Virus record (IMG/VR): IMGVR_UViG_3300014356_000009
Length of the DNA stretch: 4,074 bases
Direction: 5' to 3' (one strand)
From: a virus
Lineage: Duplodnaviria > Heunggongvirae > Uroviricota > Caudoviricetes
Below, piece by piece: positions 1 through 4,074 of the stretch (position 1 is its first letter; every line of letters starts with the position of its first letter). A model generated the notes under the pieces. That model was not told the DNA's origin. It did no database searches and was given only the letters and a program-made list of their open reading frames with translations. The translations under genes were made by a program, and so were the position numbers.

Positions 1-15
1 CAGTGATGTAGATGG

Positions 16-1392
16 TCATACGTCAGCCCCTTGTGCATATCGTCTGCCACGCGCAGCAGGCGCATTTGATGCTGTGCAAATCTGTCTGGCTTCATCCTGG
101 TCACATGCAACAAAGTGTCCGTTACAGAACCGCTGGTAAACCGTACCAAGCGAGCCAAAACGGTTTTTTGTCACAATGATTTCAGCAAATGGCGCGGCGC
201 TACTGTTCTCGTCATATACCGCTTCCCGATAGAGCATGATGATTGAGTCTGCGTCCTGTTCAATGCTTCCTGAATCACGCAAATCTGCGTTTGTCGGGCG
301 TTTGTTTGGTCGCTTCTCAACATCGCGCGAAAGCTGACTCAGGGAGATAACAGGCGTTTTCAGGTCTTTCGCCATCGCCTTCAGGCTTCCTGAGATATGA
401 GCAATTGCGAGGTCGTTGCGGTCTGCTTTCGGCTTCTCAATCAGGCCAAGATAATCCACCATGATGAGTGACAGGTTTGGATTTTCCTGTTTGTGCCGTT
501 CTGCGATTGAGCGTATTTCTTCGACCGATAACCGCGAGGCATCGACTACCCATACATCCAAATCTGCAAGCTGACTCATGCCGTTAGCAACACGCGCCCA
601 GCCTTCGTCATCCATCGATGCAGGATTTCGCAGTACGCTAACCGACATCCTCCCGGCGTTGGCAATGCTTCGCTCTGCAATCTGCAATGCGCTCATTTCC
701 ATTGAGAAAATCAATACTCCGCGCCGAACGTCAGAACCAGGAATAACGCGGCTTGCAACGCCTTCGGCAATCTTCAGCGCCAGTTCGGTTTTCCCCATAC
801 CAGGACGAGCAGCGATTATCACAAGGTCTTCCGCGTTCATCCCTCCGGTGATGGCGTCAAGTTCTTCGATTCCGGTCTTCATGGTATCTGACTCTTCTCC
901 GTTCCTCAGACGCCTGTCAAGCGTGTCAGTGTAGTCGGTGATGATTTCCCCTAACCGTACAGGTTTAACCTCGTCACGGGGCTTTCTGATGGCTGAAAGA
1001 CGCTTTACAAGCTCGTCCATCGCCTGACTCGATGTATCGATGGTTCCGCTCTGAATTGGTTCACGCATTTCATCCATGATTTCCAGCACCAGACGGCGGT
1101 GATAGTTATCCGCGACCATTCCGGCATATCCCTTCAGGTTTGCGGCGCTCGGGCAGTTTTTGCTGGTCATCAGGATTGACGTGAAATGCTCCTCTCCGCA
1201 CGCCTCGGCAACCATCAGCGCGTCGATTAGGTTTCTGTTTCTCGCCTGCTTGCGGATAACCTCGAAGGCTTTCCGGTAGAGCGGAATTGAAAACGCCTCC
1301 GGCTCCAACGTTGCCAGAACGTCGCTGGCAGTTGGCGTTAATCCACCAATCAGCAGGCCACCGATAACGCTCGCTTCGATATCCTGTCTCAT
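16..1392 (-). CDS. Replicative DNA helicase, DnaB family (phage-encoded, P22 gene 12-type)
   Basis: Complete 458-aa ORF. N-terminus [17 protein letters not shown] resembles the conserved DnaB N-terminal motif. Walker A P-loop is present ([13 protein letters not shown]). Start ATG (1390-1392) overlaps the stop of the upstream O-like gene as ATGA, with a GGGGGA Shine-Dalgarno 5 nt upstream. Stop TGA at 16-18. Confidence 0.9.
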   Translation of the reverse strand: MRQDIEASVIGGLLIGGLTPTASDVLATLEPEAFSIPLYRKAFEVIRKQARNRNLIDALMVAEACGEEHFTSILMTSKNCPSAANLKGYAGMVADNYHRRLVLEIMDEMREPIQSGTIDTSSQAMDELVKRLSAIRKPRDEVKPVRLGEIITDYTDTLDRRLRNGEESDTMKTGIEELDAITGGMNAEDLVIIAARPGMGKTELALKIAEGVASRVIPGSDVRRGVLIFSMEMSALQIAERSIANAGRMSVSVLRNPASMDDEGWARVANGMSQLADLDVWVVDASRLSVEEIRSIAERHKQENPNLSLIMVDYLGLIEKPKADRNDLAIAHISGSLKAMAKDLKTPVISLSQLSRDVEKRPNKRPTNADLRDSGSIEQDADSIIMLYREAVYDENSSAAPFAEIIVTKNRFGSLGTVYQRFCNGHFVACDQDEARQICTASNAPAARGRRYAQGADV

Positions 1393-2336
1393 GAAATCCC
1401 CCTGTCTGCAAACTTCCCTTCCCGAACTCCCGTTAACGAGTCTTCCCTCAGCAGGTAATCAAAATCTGCCGTCCAGCCCGTGTCGTTGTCTCCGAAGTAA
1501 AACGGCTTGGCCTGATGCACAAACGCCCTGACATACGCTCTGAAACCGTCCACGTTTGGCGTTTTCAGTTGCGGGATGATTTTCTTCAGGCGGCGTTTGC
1601 GTTTCTCGTTGACCGCAACAGCGTGTGGCAGTCTGTCACCGACTTCGATGTTGTAGGCGTTCAGGAAGGATTCGTAGTCGATTCGTTCTGCCTTTCGACG
1701 TTCAGGTTTAACCTGCCCATCGCCTCCCCCATTGGGGGGTAGGGGGGTATTATTTATATTCTTGTTAATACCTTCTTGTTCATGATGTGCGGTTGTTTGT
1801 GCGGCTTCATGTGCGCTTTCATGTGCGGCATGTGCGCTGAAAGCCGCGCCATTACTGGCTTCCTCATGTGCGGCATCATGTGCGGTTGTTTGTGCGGCAT
1901 CATGTGCGGGTGAATTGTCCATTTTTTGAGCATATTCATGGTAACTTGTGATGGTGATCACGCGACCTTTTTGCTTCTCTCCATCAATGGAGATCATCCC
2001 CTCTTTCACAAAAACCTGAAGCATCCGCTCAACCTGATCACGGCTTGCCGGCTTGCCATGCCTGTCGCATAACTGAAGACCTAAATCAGCTGCTGTCACA
2101 ACCAGTTGACCGGGTTGCAGATGCCATTCATGACCTTTGAAATTCGCTTTGTATGGCTTTCTGGCGGCATTCAGGAGAAGGTTTTCCCACAGGGTGCGAA
2201 GATAAACATCTTTCGCCCATGACTGTTTCAGAATGCTCCGGTACAACGGAATGTAACCAGTTTTCTGGTTCTCCATCCTGTTGCTCCTGCGCTCGTGTGC
2301 GGCGCTGAAATCGTAGATTTTTGCTGTATTGCTCAT
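1389..2336 (-). CDS. O: Replication initiation protein, lambda O-like (origin-binding replisome organiser)
   Basis: 315-aa ORF whose N-terminus [10 protein letters not shown] matches the lambda O start (MTNTAKI...) as I recall it. It has an N-terminal domain, a His/Ala-rich repetitive linker encoded by the iteron-like repeats, and a C-terminal domain. It sits immediately upstream of, and is translationally coupled to, the helicase gene. An AGGCAGG Shine-Dalgarno lies upstream of the ATG at 2334-2336. Confidence 0.8.
   Translation of the reverse strand: MSNTAKIYDFSAAHERRSNRMENQKTGYIPLYRSILKQSWAKDVYLRTLWENLLLNAARKPYKANFKGHEWHLQPGQLVVTAADLGLQLCDRHGKPASRDQVERMLQVFVKEGMISIDGEKQKGRVITITSYHEYAQKMDNSPAHDAAQTTAHDAAHEEASNGAAFSAHAAHESAHEAAQTTAHHEQEGINKNINNTPLPPNGGGDGQVKPERRKAERIDYESFLNAYNIEVGDRLPHAVAVNEKRKRRLKKIIPQLKTPNVDGFRAYVRAFVHQAKPFYFGDNDTGWTADFDYLLREDSLTGVREGKFADRGIS
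1724..1783. other. AT-rich tract and G/C inverted repeat flanking the iterons (candidate DNA-unwinding element of the origin)
   Basis: Positions 1748-1780 are about 82% A+T (tattatttatattcttgttaataccttcttgtt). Adjacent is CCCCC-ATT-GGGGGG (1726-1739) followed by TAGGGGGG. The order iterons, then AT-rich tract, then palindrome in the direction of O transcription mirrors lambda ori. Confidence 0.5.
1784..1912. repeat. Iteron-like direct repeats with 12-bp periodicity (putative phage origin of replication, inside the O-like gene)
   Basis: Nine copies of (C/T)(A/T)TGTGCG(G/C) start at 1784, 1796, 1808, 1820, 1829, 1865, 1877, 1889 and 1901 (+ strand). They form two clusters separated by a ~24-bp spacer (1841-1864). 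The 26-mer at 1780-1805 recurs at 1874-1899 with one mismatch. Confidence 0.7.
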
Positions 2337-2338
2337 AA

Positions 2339-2611
2339 CTACCTGCCTTGACGAAAGACCTTAAGAACATCGTTAAACTGACTTACGGATATGTCTTCTT
2401 TGAGCAGCTTTTCCAGAAATGCGTTTGGAATGAACGTATATCCCTCCTCTTTTGGTAGAGACGGGAGCAACGCCCTCGCCTCAGCCTTCAGAAGCTCAGT
2501 TCTGGCAACTTTCACAAAAGAGATTTGAGTTCTTTCATCAATGGAACGAAGGAAGCGCAAACGCTTAGCTTCTTTGTGTGTATCAGGTGGATTAAAGCCT
2601 TTGTTTCGCAT
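2339..2611 (-). CDS. Hypothetical small protein (about 91 aa), function unknown
   Basis: Open frame with ATG at 2609-2611 preceded by GAGG 8 nt upstream. Its stop TAG (2339-2341) lies 2 nt before the O-like start codon, suggesting translational coupling. The frame stays open for about 98 codons through a region with no other assigned gene. No family recognised by eye. Confidence 0.5.
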   Translation of the reverse strand: MRNKGFNPPDTHKEAKRLRFLRSIDERTQISFVKVARTELLKAEARALLPSLPKEEGYTFIPNAFLEKLLKEDISVSQFNDVLKVFRQGR

Positions 2612-2616
2612 ATAAT
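2611..2616 (+). promoter_or_regulatory. Candidate -10 hexamer (TATAAT) of a pO-like promoter for an antisense RNA
   Basis: Perfect TATAAT on the + strand at 2611-2616, about 45 nt upstream of an intrinsic terminator. The -35 region is poor (TGGATT at 2588-2593). Confidence 0.4.
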
Positions 2617-2622
2617 TACCTC

Positions 2623-2691
2623 GTTGGATGTTGTTAAAATTCCATTTGTATTTGATCAGAACGCTCGGTCTTGCACACCGGGCGTTTTTTC
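2623..2691 (+). ncRNA. OOP-like antisense RNA overlapping the 3' end of cII
   Basis: Predicted ~70-nt transcript from the TATAAT at 2611-2616 to the terminator at 2662-2690, antisense to the last ~19 codons of cII. This matches the arrangement of lambda OOP RNA (77 nt, antisense to the cII 3' end). Confidence 0.45.
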
Positions 2692-2933
2692 TTTGTGATT
2701 TCATCAAGCGCATACTTAAAAGCCCTGCTAATCGGACTGATGTCTGATGCCATTCCGAAAGCACACAAGACCGAAGCAATAAATCTCCAGTCCGTTCTGC
2801 TTATCTTCGATTCATGACAGCCAATCATCTTTGCCAGACCGCGCTGGGTAAGCGTTGACAGGTTGATGAGTAAATCTGTTTCTGCGCGATCAACGTCGCG
2901 CTGTGATAGTTTGCTGTAACTTGTTTGTTCCAT
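2634..2933 (-). CDS. cII: Transcriptional activator CII (lysogeny establishment)
   Basis: 99-aa ORF. C-terminus KKKRPVCKTERSDQIQMEF is nearly identical to the lambda CII C-terminus (KKRPAATERSEQIQMEF, from memory). A central HTH-like segment is present (ESKISRTDW versus lambda KSQISRW). It lies directly downstream of cro and the nutR-like site. Confidence 0.9.
   Translation of the reverse strand: MEQTSYSKLSQRDVDRAETDLLINLSTLTQRGLAKMIGCHESKISRTDWRFIASVLCAFGMASDISPISRAFKYALDEITKKKRPVCKTERSDQIQMEF
2662..2693 (+). terminator. Intrinsic terminator (hairpin plus T-run) on the + strand, inside the cII coding region
   Basis: Stem CGCTCGG (2662-2668) pairs with CCGGGCG (2678-2684): 7 bp including one G-U pair, with a 9-nt loop. 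It is followed by TTTTTTCTTTG (2685-2695). Confidence 0.65.
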
Positions 2934-2943
2934 TTCTTACTAT
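2911..2943 (+). promoter_or_regulatory. Possible PRE-like CII-dependent promoter (CII site TTGC-N6-TTGT, -10 TACTAT)
   Basis: TTGC (2911-2914), N6, TTGT (2921-2924) on the + strand, complementary to cII codons 4-8. This is the same placement as the lambda CII site TTGC-N6-TTGC in the first codons of cII. A -10-like TACTAT lies at 2938-2943. It is oriented toward cI. Confidence 0.35.
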
Positions 2944-2967
2944 TTCCATAGGTAAATAATCACTAAT

Positions 2968-2985
2968 ACTCATCTTTCGATGAGT
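2968..2985 (-). terminator. Hairpin with GAAA tetraloop between nutR and cII (possible tR1-like structure)
   Basis: On the - strand ACTCATC-GAAA-GATGAGT forms a 7-bp stem, followed by a U-rich but interrupted tract (UAUUAGUGAUUAUUU). It is not a strong canonical intrinsic terminator. Confidence 0.25.
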
Positions 2986-2997
2986 GCTTAATTAGTT

Positions 2998-3032
2998 ACC
3001 GCGTTGTCGGCGGTGCAGATTGATAAAGAGCG
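2998..3032 (-). promoter_or_regulatory. nutR-like N-utilisation site: boxA (CGCTCTTTA) plus boxB hairpin
   Basis: On the - strand, boxA CGCTCTTTA (3032 down to 3024) begins 7 nt after the cro stop. A 9-nt spacer follows, then hairpin ACCGC-CGACAAC-GCGGT (3014 down to 2998). The loop contains GACAA, which I recall as the P22-type boxB loop. Confidence 0.6.
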
Positions 3033-3039
3033 GTGTTAC

Positions 3040-3267
3040 TTATGCAGCCAGAAGGTTCTTTTTGCTTATTTCAAGCATTTCGCTTGCTTGATATTTGCCA
3101 CCAGAAATCTCTTCGATTTTTGATGCGTATTTAGTTTTCCCAAAAAACTCAGTCTTAGGGAGGAAGCCGTTTTTGAGCCACTTATAGACAGCCCTTTCGC
3201 TAACTCCACAAGCCTTCGCAACTTCAGGGATGCCGACACCTTTAATCGGCTCATCAAGATTTTGCAT
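3040..3267 (-). CDS. cro: Cro-like repressor (small HTH DNA-binding protein)
   Basis: 75-aa ORF divergent from cI. It is the first gene of the operon containing the nutR-like site and cII. HTH-like segment IPEVAKACGVSERAVYKWLKNG. SD AAGGA upstream of the ATG (3265-3267). Assignment is by position and HTH, not by similarity to lambda Cro. Confidence 0.8.
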   Translation of the reverse strand: MQNLDEPIKGVGIPEVAKACGVSERAVYKWLKNGFLPKTEFFGKTKYASKIEEISGGKYQASEMLEISKKNLLAA

Positions 3268-3345
3268 AGGAATATCCTTTTTCGTACTTTCAGTACGTAT
3301 TATGGTTGAACTGAAAGTTTTTGCAAGTGCTTTAGTATCGTACTC
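3268..3345. promoter_or_regulatory. Operator region (OR-like) with divergent PR-like and PRM-like promoters
   Basis: 78-bp cI-cro intergenic region. Three inverted repeats are centred near 3290 (CGTACT-TTC-AGTACG, 3283-3297), 3314 (AACT-GAA-AGTT, 3309-3319) and 3339 (AGTA-TCG-TACT, 3334-3344), spaced 24-25 bp. Leftward PR-like: -35 TTGCAA (3321-3326), -10 CATAAT (3299-3304, - strand), 16-bp spacer. Rightward PRM-like: -10 TAGTAT (3333-3338) with a weak -35. Confidence 0.6.
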
Positions 3346-4053
3346 ATGGTTCAGAATGAAAAAGTGCGCAAAGAATTCGCCCAGCGGCTAGCGCAAGCCT
3401 GTAAAGAAGCTGGTCTTGATGAACATGGTAGGGGGATGGCCATAGCCCGTGCCCTTTCTCTTTCGTCCAAAGGCGTTAGCAAATGGTTTAATGCTGAGTC
3501 TTTACCGCGTCAGGAAAAAATGAATGCGCTTGCGAAATTTCTAAACGTTGATGTTGTTTGGCTTCAGCACGGCACTTCGTTAAATGGAGCGAATGATGAA
3601 GATACTCTTTCATTTGTTGGCAAATTAAAAAAAGGGTTAGTGCGCGTGGTTGGTGAGGCAATTCTTGGTGTTGATGGTGCCATCGAGATGACCGAAGAGC
3701 GCGATGGGTGGCTCAAAATTTATAGCGATGATCCAGATGCCTTTGGTCTTCGTGTGAAAGGAGACAGCATGTGGCCTAGAATAAAATCAGGAGAATATGT
3801 ACTCATTGAGCCTAACACCAAAGTATTCCCGGGTGATGAGGTGTTTGTCAGAACCGTTGAAGGACACAACATGATCAAAGTTCTTGGCTATGACAGAGAT
3901 GGAGAATACCAATTTACAAGCATCAACCAGGACCACAGGCCAATAACGTTACCTTATCATCAAGTAGCAAAGGTGGAGTATGTGGCTGGTATTCTGAAGC
4001 AATCTCGCCATCTGGATGACATCGAGGCAAGGGAGTGGCTGAAAAGTTCGTGA
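3346..4053 (+). CDS. cI: CI-type phage repressor with C-terminal S24 (LexA-like) autopeptidase domain
   Basis: 235-aa ORF divergent from cro. N-terminal HTH-type region. The C-terminal domain has the S24 Ser/Lys dyad context (GDSMWP, Ser141; NMIKVLG, Lys178). No Shine-Dalgarno precedes the ATG, consistent with a leaderless transcript. Confidence 0.9.
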   Translation: MVQNEKVRKEFAQRLAQACKEAGLDEHGRGMAIARALSLSSKGVSKWFNAESLPRQEKMNALAKFLNVDVVWLQHGTSLNGANDEDTLSFVGKLKKGLVRVVGEAILGVDGAIEMTEERDGWLKIYSDDPDAFGLRVKGDSMWPRIKSGEYVLIEPNTKVFPGDEVFVRTVEGHNMIKVLGYDRDGEYQFTSINQDHRPITLPYHQVAKVEYVAGILKQSRHLDDIEAREWLKSS

Positions 4054-4074
4054 CTTCATCGTCACATAGCTGAT

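Noticed and set aside
578-934. 118-aa ORF on the + strand
   Set aside because: It is antisense to the well-supported helicase gene, has Ser/Pro/Ala-rich low-complexity composition typical of antisense frames, and has no recognisable start context.
1106-1411. 101-aa ORF on the - strand spanning the O-like and helicase junction
   Set aside because: It overlaps the helicase N-terminus and the O-like C-terminus in an alternative frame, with an Arg/Gly-rich composition typical of an off-frame read of GC-rich coding DNA.
1515-1742. 75-aa ORF on the + strand
   Set aside because: It is antisense to the C-terminal domain of the O-like gene, with no RBS or promoter context; most likely spurious.
1726-1747. 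G-runs (GGGGGG-TA-GGGGGG) as a possible G-quadruplex
   Set aside because: Only two G-tracts are present on one strand, which is insufficient for an intramolecular quadruplex; an origin-associated inverted repeat is the better reading.
1784-1912. Possible CRISPR array or other non-coding tandem repeat
   Set aside because: The repeat unit is only 12 bp with no unique spacers, it sits inside an intact reading frame, and there are no cas genes; iterons of the phage origin are the better explanation.
1754-1939. 61-aa ORF on the - strand rich in His, Met and Pro ([13 protein letters not shown]...)
   Set aside because: It lies entirely within the O-like gene in another frame and its repetitive composition is a direct translation of the 12-bp iteron-like repeats; it is a frame artefact.
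2128-2370. 80-aa ORF on the - strand
   Set aside because: It overlaps the N-terminal domain of the O-like gene out of frame, and the O-like frame has the conserved MSNTAKI start and a proper SD.
2634-2779. Upstream extension of the small ORF to 146 aa (start at 2779)
   Set aside because: The extension overlaps 146 nt of cII in a different frame and lacks a convincing RBS, whereas the internal ATG at 2609-2611 has a GAGG SD. It is kept as an alternative in the finding but not annotated.
3066-3257. 63-aa ORF on the - strand
   Set aside because: It is fully nested in cro in another frame; the cro frame has the HTH and correct operon position.

Overview
This window is the immunity and replication module of a lambdoid temperate phage or prophage (enterobacterial type), with no self-evident novel multi-gene system. 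A CI-type repressor with a C-terminal LexA-like (S24) autopeptidase domain lies on the + strand at the right end (3346..4053). Divergently on the - strand run cro (3040..3267), a nutR-like site, cII (2634..2933), an uncharacterised ~91-aa ORF (2339..2611), an O-like replication initiator (1389..2336) and a DnaB-family replicative helicase (16..1392). The O-like gene carries an origin-like element inside its own reading frame: 12-bp periodic iteron-like repeats, an AT-rich tract and a G/C inverted repeat. Lambda-like non-coding elements are also recognisable: an operator region with divergent PR/PRM-like promoters and an apparently leaderless cI, an OOP-like antisense RNA with an intrinsic terminator, and a possible PRE-like CII site. 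The most open question is the small ORF wedged between cII and O. All calls rest on reading the sequence and recalled family signatures; no database search was run.
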